From a virus (taxonomy: Duplodnaviria > Heunggongvirae > Uroviricota > Caudoviricetes), in IMG/VR virus record IMGVR_UViG_2675903575_000009, positions 1 to 15,551 of that record: 15,551 bases of DNA; one strand, written 5' to 3'. Shown here piece by piece: positions 8,275-15,551 of the stretch (position 1 is the stretch's first letter; each line of letters starts with the position of its first letter). Both the position numbers and the translations under genes were made by a program. The notes under the pieces were generated by a model, which searched no databases, was not told the origin of the DNA, and saw nothing but the letters and a program-made list of their open reading frames with translations.

Positions 8275-8508
8275 ATGCGCATTGAAATAATGATCGATAA
8301 AGAGCAGAAGATTAGCCAGTCTACACTGGACGCCCTTGAATCCGAGCTTTACCGCAATCTGCGCCCCCTGTATCCCAAAACGGTAATTCGTATCCGCAAA
8401 GGTAGCTCTAACGGTGTGGAACTTATCGGATTGCAACTGGACGAAGAAAGAAAACAAGTGATGAAAATTATGCAGAAGGTGTGGGAAGACGACAGCTGGC
8501 TGCATTAA
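8275..8508 (+). CDS. DinI-family protein (186 Tum C-terminal-like / DinI-like)
   Basis: 77 aa; MRIEIMIDKEQKISQSTLDALESEL...IMQKVWEDDSWL parallels E. coli DinI (MRIEVTIAK...ETWESADDWF) in length and conserved ends; GAGGTGA RBS 5 nt upstream. The ORF track start at 8203 is a 5' extension in the same frame. Confidence 0.8.
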   Translation: MRIEIMIDKEQKISQSTLDALESELYRNLRPLYPKTVIRIRKGSSNGVELIGLQLDEERKQVMKIMQKVWEDDSWLH

Positions 8509-8719
8509 GAAACGTTGCTGGCGTCTGAACCTGCTTCTGGCGTCAGCAAGGTTGAACCGCGAGCCTTGAGAGGCGTTAACCATAAGTAAAAAGACAGTAA
8601 TCACTTGATTATCTATCAGGGCGAGACCTATGCTGCACTTTTAGTTATAACTCATAATGTATTGAAATTATTATAATATATGTCATTCTTAAAATGTGTA
8701 TGCTTATCAAGGAGCAAGA

Positions 8720-9592
8720 ATGAAACGTGGCATTGTAGCTAATCCTAATGAAATGAGTTTTCATAGAAATAATAGTACGGTCTATCTTGGGGCAGGTTTA
8801 ACTGAGCAGGATATTAATTATTTCTGCTTTTACTGGGATGATGTGGTTATTCTAGATAGTGAAAATATTCACTCGATTGTGCCTAAAGAAAAAGAATTAT
8901 TAGATAATGGGGTATTACGTAGACCTATTATGAAACATGATGGGATGCTGAATATCCAAGACTTTCCATTTTTATATACGGAATTTCAGTTGCAGACATT
9001 GGATGAATTCAGGAAGAACGAGCCTGCTACTTATTGGCACTTTCATCAAACAGGGGAAAATTTAATATATGATAAAGAACAGAAAACGGCCCTTCAGTTG
9101 AGATTGGAGTTGTTTAATGTTCTGAGAATTCCTGATAAAGATGCTCATATAGAAGATATATTACGTTTTAAAGATGATTGTCAGGATGATCTTAATGCGT
9201 TACATGAGTACTTAGAAAAACTGTATACTGAAGTCCTTTATTCTAGAGACCCTAATCTAACGAGGGCTAAAAATTTTTCTTTATTACAAGAGGCTGTAGT
9301 TAATCTTGATAAAGCTATCGAAGGGAAATGGAGAAATCCTATCAGAATGGGAGTCAAAGCCAATCCAGAAGTAGATGGTGGGCAGGTTCTGGAATTTTTA
9401 AAACCGTTGTACCATGCTGCTATTGCTGGTTATTCAGGCGGTATTATTCCCGGTATGGTTACAGCCTTGGCAACCGCAATTCCAAGTTTTATAAAATTCC
9501 AACCAGAATGGGTGGGCTTTAGAGATAAGGGGCCTAAAGAATTAGCTTATCTTACCAAAGCAACGCATAAGGGGTTGATTAAGAGAGCTTAA
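8720..9592 (+). CDS. Hypothetical AT-rich accessory protein (290 aa) with a C-terminal hydrophobic segment; candidate anti-phage or abortive-infection gene
   Basis: ORF 8696..9592; preferred start ATG 8720 with GGAG about 6 nt upstream. Strongly AT-rich against the GC-richer phage backbone; no family recognised by eye; C-terminal AAIAGYSGGIIPGMVTALATAIPSFI looks like a membrane helix. Location between A/tum and cos corresponds to the P2 tin/old accessory locus. Confidence 0.6.
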   Translation: MKRGIVANPNEMSFHRNNSTVYLGAGLTEQDINYFCFYWDDVVILDSENIHSIVPKEKELLDNGVLRRPIMKHDGMLNIQDFPFLYTEFQLQTLDEFRKNEPATYWHFHQTGENLIYDKEQKTALQLRLELFNVLRIPDKDAHIEDILRFKDDCQDDLNALHEYLEKLYTEVLYSRDPNLTRAKNFSLLQEAVVNLDKAIEGKWRNPIRMGVKANPEVDGGQVLEFLKPLYHAAIAGYSGGIIPGMVTALATAIPSFIKFQPEWVGFRDKGPKELAYLTKATHKGLIKRA

Positions 9593-9693
9593 GACATTTT
9601 AATCGATTTTCGCAACTATATTCCTTCGTAACCACACAAGTGCATGACTATGCCGCATGAATCCGCATGATCGTTTGAGGATCGTTTTAGCTG

Positions 9694-9723
9694 AGGCCCG
9701 CTAGGAATGGCGGGCCTTTGCTT
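9694..9723 (+). terminator. Rho-independent terminator-like hairpin downstream of the 290-aa gene
   Basis: Perfect 8-bp inverted repeat AGGCCCGC / GCGGGCCT (9694-9701 and 9710-9717) with an 8-nt loop, followed by TTGCTT. Confidence 0.5.
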
Positions 9724-9764
9724 ATGTCATGCAGGCGCATGAAAACCACTACATAAAGCGGGCA

Positions 9765-9783
9765 GGCGTGGCGGGGATACGAG
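9765..9783. other. Candidate cos (cohesive-end) site of the phage
   Basis: GGCGTGGCGGGGATACGAG: the first 13 nt match the G-rich start of the 19-nt P2/186 cohesive end as I remember it (GGCG[A/T]GGCGGGGA...); it lies where cos is expected, between the A-side accessory genes and the portal gene Q. Match is from memory and the 3' part diverges. Confidence 0.4.
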
Positions 9784-9807
9784 CGCGCGCTTAAGGATAA
9801 ATTGAAG

Positions 9808-9836
9808 TTGATTTAATTTTTCGACATGGATAATCT
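9808..9836 (+). promoter_or_regulatory. Candidate sigma70 promoter for the 353-aa cargo gene
   Basis: TTGATT (9808-9813), 17-nt spacer, TAATCT (9831-9836), about 70 nt upstream of ATG 9910. Confidence 0.3.
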
Positions 9837-9909
9837 TAACTACGTATGATTATTGATAAAAAATAAACATAAACAATTGTAGCGGATCTTAAAACTTATT
9901 AGGATTAGT

Positions 9910-10971
9910 ATGCTTAAAACAAATAAGGTATTTATTGACACACAAACGTACGTAAAGGCTGGTCTTCATTTTGAGGGGGTAGCATTTAAAGCTTTCCATG
10001 AATTATGTGCGAAAGGTGATTTAGTCTTAATTACAACTACAGTTGTAGAGAGAGAAGTAAAAGGTAAAATAGAGGAATCAATAAAGGATGCTCTGCAGGC
10101 TATAAACACAGTACAAAGAAAAGCTAGGCTTTTGAATAGTATTGATAATGGACCGCTCCATGGTTTTTTTCAGCAATTTAACGAACATGAAATTCACGAA
10201 GCAGCACAAAAAGTTTTTGATGATTTTTTGAAAGGATGTCACGCCAAATTAGCTACAATAGAAGTGATAGATCTTAATGAGGTTTTAGATAAATACTTTG
10301 GCAAAGAACCACCATTTGGGCAAAATAAGAAAAAAAGTGAGTTTCCTGATGCAATCAATTTAGCTGCGGTAGAGCGATTTGTTAATGATGAAGATGTGTA
10401 TATCATTTCTGAGGATAGTGACTTAAAAAATTATTGTGATGGTAAAAACAATCTTCATCAAATTGATTCACTTGATAAGTTTCTAGGTGAATACAATACG
10501 CATACAAACGAATTAAGTAATAAATTGATGCAGTTTATCGAAAGCAAACGTGAAGACATAAGAGCGGACGTAATTGCCCAACTCAATGATGCCGATGGAT
10601 ATAACGTTTCAACTTGGGAAGACGCTGAATTGGATTCATTTGAAGTCGTCAATATTGATGACTTTGAACCATCAATAATTAAGATTGACAATAATTATTG
10701 TCTAGCGACCTTCTCTGTTTCTGTAGATTTTGAAGTTACTGTTTCTGGTCCAGACTTTAATAATGGGTATTGGGATAGCGAAGATAAAGTAATGATTCCA
10801 ATGGAGACAACCACACGAACTGAAGTTCAAGAGATTAGTTTCGATATTGAAATTGAAGTTATGTATGAAATCGAGGATGGTGAATTAACAGATATCGCAT
10901 TTGATGTGAATATTGATAAGTTATCCCGAGGGATTGAGTTCTCTATTGAAGAAAATAATTTTGAATATTAA
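9910..10971 (+). CDS. Hypothetical AT-rich accessory protein (353 aa): possible PIN-like nuclease N-terminal domain plus highly acidic C-terminal domain; candidate anti-phage defence gene
   Basis: AGGA RBS 5 nt upstream of the ATG. The N-terminal ~175 aa have acidic residues spaced like PIN-domain metal ligands (VFIDTQ with D10; TTTVVEREV; FPDAINLAAVE; YIISEDSDL). The C-terminal ~150 aa are very D/E-rich with beta-like stretches. Strongly AT-rich; lies between cos and Q, where P2 has no gene. Confidence 0.6.
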   Translation: MLKTNKVFIDTQTYVKAGLHFEGVAFKAFHELCAKGDLVLITTTVVEREVKGKIEESIKDALQAINTVQRKARLLNSIDNGPLHGFFQQFNEHEIHEAAQKVFDDFLKGCHAKLATIEVIDLNEVLDKYFGKEPPFGQNKKKSEFPDAINLAAVERFVNDEDVYIISEDSDLKNYCDGKNNLHQIDSLDKFLGEYNTHTNELSNKLMQFIESKREDIRADVIAQLNDADGYNVSTWEDAELDSFEVVNIDDFEPSIIKIDNNYCLATFSVSVDFEVTVSGPDFNNGYWDSEDKVMIPMETTTRTEVQEISFDIEIEVMYEIEDGELTDIAFDVNIDKLSRGIEFSIEENNFEY

Positions 10972-10980
10972 TTCGTTCAT

Positions 10981-11010
10981 AACGGCATCATTGTGATGCC
11001 GTTGGGTTTT
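10981..11010 (+). terminator. Rho-independent terminator hairpin shared by the convergent cargo gene and Q
   Basis: Perfect 10-bp inverted repeat AACGGCATCA-ttg-TGATGCCGTT (10981-11003) followed by GGGTTTT; abuts the Q stop codon (11009-11011). Confidence 0.6.
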
Positions 11011-12037
11011 ATAATGTATATATTTCAAAATTTATAATTTCATGACCAAGCCATCTGTTTATTTCCATGAATCTTTTTTGAAGTGGTAATAGTTCATTTC
11101 TTACGAAGACGCAGCTCGCCTTCTCCACATCACCAAAACCCCCAACATTATTCGGCAAAATTCCCATCATCTGAGGCGGTACGCGGTGTGCCGCCATCAT
11201 GTCATCACGGCTGACGTTCTTGATGTTCAGAAATTCATCCTTCGCCGCGACTTCTGACAACGGGATGATCTGAAGCCCGTCCTTTTTGCCGTTAGGCGAG
11301 TACATAAACAGGTTGCGGAAGTTGCCAGGGCCTTTGGCGCTTTTCATCGCATTGCGGAGGTTGTTCACATCCTCCTGGTTCTGCGCGGCATCGGTCATGT
11401 ACATGATGAAGCCTGCATGGCTGCCGTTAATGTAATACTTCCGGCGGAACAGCGTGGCGGACTCGTTGAGCAGGGCTGACGGAATGGCAGAAAGATAACC
11501 TGGTAGGCCGTAGATCTCCTGGTTGATGTCAGGTTCCATCAGATGAAAAATGCTGCCTTTCGTGAACTGATACGGCTGGGTTGTCATACCGTATTGCACA
11601 AACCAGTAGGTATCCAGGTCTAACCCGCGTCGGGTGTATTTTGCCAGCGCAGGCTCAAGGGCGATAACTTCACCGAAGCGGTTCGTGCGTTTCTCCAGGT
11701 AGGCGTTACCAAATACCAGGTAGTCCTGCACAAAACGTGAAAAAGCCTGCTGGCTGAGCAGCGGGTGAGGGATATAGGTACTGGTCAGAATGTTGCACTT
11801 TACTGCAATCGGGGAACTGTGATGCACGGCAGCGCGGAAGGTGCGCGCCAGTCCGTCAAAGCTGACGGGCGGCTCATACCAACGGTCCATCTGTACGCAT
11901 TCCACATAGTCCAGTAATTCTCGGCGGTCCAGAACAGGAACGGGATCGCCGAAGCTGAATGCTTCGGCTGTAGTTTGACTTTTAAGCTGGATCTGATTCG
12001 TCGCCGCAGCGCGGTTCTTCTTACTCTTTCCCATCAA
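11009..12037 (-). CDS. Q: Portal (capsid vertex) protein, P2 gpQ-like
   Basis: 342 aa (P2 Q is about 344 aa as I recall); leftward next to leftward P with a 4-bp overlap and divergent from O-N, the diagnostic P2 head-gene arrangement. Confidence 0.88.
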   Translation of the reverse strand: MMGKSKKNRAAATNQIQLKSQTTAEAFSFGDPVPVLDRRELLDYVECVQMDRWYEPPVSFDGLARTFRAAVHHSSPIAVKCNILTSTYIPHPLLSQQAFSRFVQDYLVFGNAYLEKRTNRFGEVIALEPALAKYTRRGLDLDTYWFVQYGMTTQPYQFTKGSIFHLMEPDINQEIYGLPGYLSAIPSALLNESATLFRRKYYINGSHAGFIMYMTDAAQNQEDVNNLRNAMKSAKGPGNFRNLFMYSPNGKKDGLQIIPLSEVAAKDEFLNIKNVSRDDMMAAHRVPPQMMGILPNNVGGFGDVEKASCVFVRNELLPLQKRFMEINRWLGHEIINFEIYTL

Positions 12038-13800
12038 AAAATCTCCACAATATTGCTGGCATTGGCGGATTCGCCCTGCAGCGGTTCGTTAAACAGTGCG
12101 TGCATCGTTGCCCAGGCCAGATCGGCGTGGCTGGCTTCTTCGCTGCGGCTGGCTTCATAGGTCGGGCGGTTGCCGCTGGCGGTGGTAGCGCGACGGATTG
12201 CCATAAATGATTGCGCAATGTCGGTGTGCCCGGCGTCAAACTCCAGACGGCGGTGGCTGATAATGTCGTAGGCCTTGAGCACCAGGGCGTTTTTAACGTT
12301 GGGGTTGTAGACAAACTCCCGGACGGCAGGAAAGAATGCTTTCACGTTCTCGTAAACCCCGTGACCAACGCCGGTTGAGTCGATACCGATATAAGTCACG
12401 TTGTACTGTTCGGTCAGTTTTTTGATGGCGTCAGCCTGAGCGCGGAAGTCCATCCCGCGCCACTGGTGACGCTCAAGAATGCGGAATTTACCGCCCGGTA
12501 CGGCTGGCGGTGCCACCACCACGCATCCGGCACTGTCGCCGTTCTGAGTACCTTTTGCGGGGTCATAACCGATCCATACTTCGCGCCAGCCAAACGGGCG
12601 CAGGGCCAGTGCATGAAAGTCGGTCCAGACTTCCCAACTGTCCACCATGCACGCCTGCAGTTCGCTGAGCGGGAACACGGACGCGAGATCGTCCACGAAC
12701 TCACACATCAGCAGGTTCTGGTATTCGTCCGGGCTGTATTCCATGCGCAACTGGTCAAGGTCGAACAGGTTACAGCCGCCGCGCACCGCATCTTCCACGG
12801 TGACTATCTGGCGGTATTGTCCGTCTGCGCACAGCAGGCCGGGGGCCAGATTGCTGTGGGACAGGTCGATGTCCACCTTATCGGCTTTGTTGCGCCCACG
12901 GTTGAACAGCGCACCGGACCAGAACGGATAAGCACTGTGTGTCAGGCTGGATGGCGTGGAAAAATAGGTCTGTCGCCATTTTTTGTGAATAGCCATACCG
13001 GAAGCCACTTTGCGCAGCTCCTGGAATTTCGGTATCCAGAAATATTCATCCAGATACAGGTTGCCGTGATAACTCTGGGCCGTGCGGGCATTGGTGCCGA
13101 GGAAGTAAAGCGTGGCCCCGTTAGGAAGCACCATCGGATCGCCTTTCAGCTCCACCTCCACTTCTTTAGCGAAGTCGATGATGTACTGCTTAAAGACGTG
13201 GGCCTGTGCCTTACTGGCGGAAAGGAAAATCTGGTTACGTCCGGTAAGCAGAGCGTCAATCAGGGCTTCACGGGCAAAGTAAAAGGTCGCGCCGATCTGG
13301 CGTGACTTCAGCAGGTTGCGGATGCGGTTGGTTTTTCCGGCTTCCCACCAGTGGCGCTGATAGTTGAACATGGAGGAATGGAAGATTTCTTCCAGTTTCT
13401 CAATCTGCTCATCGGTGAAAACATTCTTTTCCGGCTGACGGCGCGGGCCTTTGTTGCGGTTGGCGACGTTAGGGTTTAAGTCGGCTTCGTTGCCGCCATT
13501 GTTAAACTTGCCGATCCGCGCATGGCGCTCCGACTGGCGCGCCAGCAGGTCAATCTCTTTGAAATCTTTCCCTTCTTTGTGCTCCTTCATAATGAGCTGG
13601 CAGTAGCGTGCGGCGGTGGTGAGCTGCATCTGATCCAGCGGCCCATAGTCACCCCACTTGTCGCGTTTTTTCCAGCTGTGAACGGTTGCAACTTTCTCGC
13701 CCAGCATTTCAGCAATGCGGGCTACGCGGTATCCCTGAAAGTACAGCAGCATGGCCTGCCGACGGGGATCGAGATCTGCGGGTGTCAGTGTGGTGTTCAT
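12034..13800 (-). CDS. P: Terminase large (ATPase) subunit, P2 gpP-like
   Basis: 588 aa (P2 P is about 590 aa as I recall); N-terminus MNTTLTPADLDPRRQAMLLYFQGYRVARIAEMLG typical of P2-family terminase ATPase; synteny with Q, O, N. Confidence 0.9.
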   Translation of the reverse strand: MNTTLTPADLDPRRQAMLLYFQGYRVARIAEMLGEKVATVHSWKKRDKWGDYGPLDQMQLTTAARYCQLIMKEHKEGKDFKEIDLLARQSERHARIGKFNNGGNEADLNPNVANRNKGPRRQPEKNVFTDEQIEKLEEIFHSSMFNYQRHWWEAGKTNRIRNLLKSRQIGATFYFAREALIDALLTGRNQIFLSASKAQAHVFKQYIIDFAKEVEVELKGDPMVLPNGATLYFLGTNARTAQSYHGNLYLDEYFWIPKFQELRKVASGMAIHKKWRQTYFSTPSSLTHSAYPFWSGALFNRGRNKADKVDIDLSHSNLAPGLLCADGQYRQIVTVEDAVRGGCNLFDLDQLRMEYSPDEYQNLLMCEFVDDLASVFPLSELQACMVDSWEVWTDFHALALRPFGWREVWIGYDPAKGTQNGDSAGCVVVAPPAVPGGKFRILERHQWRGMDFRAQADAIKKLTEQYNVTYIGIDSTGVGHGVYENVKAFFPAVREFVYNPNVKNALVLKAYDIISHRRLEFDAGHTDIAQSFMAIRRATTASGNRPTYEASRSEEASHADLAWATMHALFNEPLQGESANASNIVEIF

Positions 13801-13846
13801 GGCACAAACCTACAGCCTTGAATGAAGGCTTTCCCCGCCTGCGGTT

Positions 13847-13864
13847 TGTGTGGTTGTCGGTACA
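13847..13864. promoter_or_regulatory. Late-promoter activator site (TGT-N12-ACA dyad) in the P/O divergent region
   Basis: TGTgtggttgtcggtACA matches the TGT-N12-ACA element bound by Ogr/B/Delta activators at P2-family late promoters; centred about 55 nt upstream of a plausible O transcript start and about 88 nt upstream of ATG 13943. Confidence 0.45.
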
Positions 13865-13942
13865 AATACCGCGCATTGTTTCACTGCCCCCATCACCGCA
13901 ACCATAAGGCTCCAGTAAGTTTTTTCTAACGGAGCACGGCTC

Positions 13943-14776
13943 ATGACAGTGAAAGCAAAGCGTTTTCGCATCGGGGTGGAAGGTGCCACCACCGACGGAC
14001 GCGAAATCCAGCGTGAATGGCTGGAACAGATGGCAGCCAGCTACAACCCGGCGGTGTATACCGCGCTGATTAACCTTGAGCACATCAAGTCTTATCTGCC
14101 GGACAGCACCTTTAACCGCTACGGCAAGGTGACGGCGCTGTTTGCTGAAGAAATCACGGAAGGTCCGCTGGCAGGCAAGATGGCGCTGTATGCCGACGTT
14201 GAGCCAACGGAGTCCCTGGTGGAATTGGTGAAAAAAGGCCAGAAATTATTCACCTCTATGGAAGTCAGCCCGAAGTTTGCTGATACGGGCAAAGCCTACC
14301 TGGTCGGCCTGGCTGCCACTGATGACCCTGCCAGTCTGGGCACTGAAATGCTGACATTCAGCGCCAGTGCAGCCCATAACCCGCTGGCAAACCGCAAGCA
14401 GAATCCCGCCAATCTTTTTACCGCTGCAGAGGAAACGGTGATCGAACTGGAAGAAATCCAGGATGACAAACCGTCCCTGTTTGCCCGTGTCACGGCGCTG
14501 TTCACCAAAAAAGAGCAGTCCGATGACGCCCGGTTCTCTGATGTGCATAAGGCCGTGGAACTGGTCGCCACTGAGCAGCAGAACCTGAGTGCGCACACCG
14601 AAAAATCCCTGTCTGAGCAGGAAGAACGCCTGTCTGAGCTGGAGACTGCCCTGCAGGCACAGCAGACCGCCTTTAACGAACTGGTGGACAAGCTGAGCCA
14701 TGAAGACAGCCGCCAGGACTACCGCCAGCGTGCAACAGGCGGTAACGCCCCCGCTGACACTCTGACCAATTGCTGA
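13943..14776 (+). CDS. O: Capsid scaffolding protein, P2 gpO-like
   Basis: 277 aa; N-terminus MTVKAKRFRIGVEGATTDGREI typical of P2 O; GGAG RBS 8 nt upstream; followed directly by the N-like capsid gene. Confidence 0.85.
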   Translation: MTVKAKRFRIGVEGATTDGREIQREWLEQMAASYNPAVYTALINLEHIKSYLPDSTFNRYGKVTALFAEEITEGPLAGKMALYADVEPTESLVELVKKGQKLFTSMEVSPKFADTGKAYLVGLAATDDPASLGTEMLTFSASAAHNPLANRKQNPANLFTAAEETVIELEEIQDDKPSLFARVTALFTKKEQSDDARFSDVHKAVELVATEQQNLSAHTEKSLSEQEERLSELETALQAQQTAFNELVDKLSHEDSRQDYRQRATGGNAPADTLTNC

Positions 14777-14792
14777 TGGAGCACAAAACCTG

Positions 14793-15551
14793 ATGAAGAA
14801 GAATACCCGCTTTGCTTTTAACGCTTACCTGCAGCAACTGGCGCGTCTGAACGGTGTGGCAGTTGAAGAACTGTCCAGCAAGTTCACCGTAGAGCCGTCC
14901 GTGCAGCAGACATTGGAAGACCAGATCCAGCAGTCCACCGCTTTCCTGACGCTGATTAACGTCACGCCAGTGACTGAGCAGTCCGGTCAGCTGCTGGGGT
15001 TGGGAGTTGGCAGCACCATTGCCGGAACCACTGATACCACCGCGAAAGAGCGTGAACCTGTCGATCCGACGCTGATGGTCGATGTGGAATATAAATGCGA
15101 GCAGACCAACTTTGACACGGTACTGACCTACGCGAAGCTGGACCTGTGGGCGAAGTTTCAGGATTTTCAGGTGCGTATCCGTGACGCCATCGTGAAACGT
15201 CAGGCACTGGACCGCATCATGATCGGCTTTAACGGCGTGAAGCGTGCGAAAACCTCCAACCGTAGCGAAAACCCGCTACTGCAGGATGTGAATAAAGGCT
15301 GGCTGCAGAAAATCCGTGAGGATGCACCGGATCACGTCATGGGCAGCACCACCACGGGCGGTGAAACCACACCGGGTGCGGTGAAAGTCGGGAAAGGTGG
15401 CGAATATGCCAACCTGGACGCCGTGGTGATGGATGCCGTCAATGAGCTTATCGACGTGGTCTACCAGGACGATGACGATCTGGTGGTGATTTGCGGGCGT
15501 GAACTGCTGTCTGACAAGTATTTCCCGCTGGTTAACAAAGAGCAGGAAAAC
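14793..15551 (+). CDS. N: Major capsid protein, P2 gpN-like (5' partial; runs off the window end)
   Basis: Open frame from ATG 14793 to the window end (253 codons, no stop); N-terminus MKKNTRFAFNAYLQQLARLNGV; downstream of O as in P2. Not listed in the supplied ORF track because it is truncated. Confidence 0.85.
   Translation, partial: MKKNTRFAFNAYLQQLARLNGVAVEELSSKFTVEPSVQQTLEDQIQQSTAFLTLINVTPVTEQSGQLLGLGVGSTIAGTTDTTAKEREPVDPTLMVDVEYKCEQTNFDTVLTYAKLDLWAKFQDFQVRIRDAIVKRQALDRIMIGFNGVKRAKTSNRSENPLLQDVNKGWLQKIREDAPDHVMGSTTTGGETTPGAVKVGKGGEYANLDAVVMDAVNELIDVVYQDDDDLVVICGRELLSDKYFPLVNKEQEN

Larger units (their letters stand above)
1..15551. mobile_element. Segment of a P2/186-like temperate prophage (integration/immunity region, early-replication region, cos, start of head-gene block)
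   Basis: Gene order int - cI - cox/apl - cII - small ORFs - dam - A - tum/dinI-like - (cargo) - Q/P leftward - O/N rightward matches P2/186 architecture; individual products recognised from conserved sequence motifs (see each CDS). Confidence 0.9.

Noticed and set aside
8516-8550. Possible terminator hairpin after the DinI-like gene (repeated CTGGCGTC)
   Set aside because: The repeats are direct, not inverted, so no stable stem-loop forms; no T-run.
12466-13305. 279-aa ORF on the plus strand inside the terminase P gene, plus similar antisense ORFs at 12414-12704, 12647-12931 and 13522-13821
   Set aside because: Entirely embedded antisense to a well-supported conserved gene; long open frames on the opposite strand are expected in GC-rich coding sequence. 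No RBS or sensible context.
14246-14701. Overlapping minus-strand ORFs (151 and 131 aa) inside scaffold gene O
   Set aside because: Antisense to O; low-complexity translations; no start-site support.
1-15551. CRISPR arrays, tRNA, rRNA or insertion-sequence elements
   Set aside because: No regularly spaced short direct repeats, no tRNA-like cloverleaf with a CCA-proximal T-arm, and no transposase-like ORF were seen; the few non-coding gaps are explained by promoters, terminators and the cos-like site.

Overview
This window is a contiguous piece of a P2/186-like (Peduovirus-type) temperate prophage from an enterobacterial host, read by eye without any database search. Left to right: an AT-rich cargo gene and a tyrosine integrase (both minus strand), a small AT-rich secreted-protein gene, a 186-type CI repressor, then the rightward early operon (Cox/Apl-like, CII-like, three small ORFs, a TraR/DksA zinc-finger protein, a Dam-type adenine methyltransferase, replication initiator A). 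After A comes a LexA-box-controlled Tum/DinI-like module, then a strongly AT-rich accessory island of two unknown genes with a cos-like site between them, then the head-gene block (portal Q, terminase P, scaffold O, start of capsid N). The most interesting part is the accessory island at 8.7-11.0 kb, which sits where P2 carries its anti-phage genes tin and old and is a candidate undescribed defence locus; secondary points are two LexA-type boxes (one in front of int), an integrase-coupled cargo gene with an Rx4H (HEPN-like) motif, and a small Cys-rich secreted protein inside the lysogenic operon. All functional assignments are from motif and synteny recognition and need homology or structure searches to confirm.
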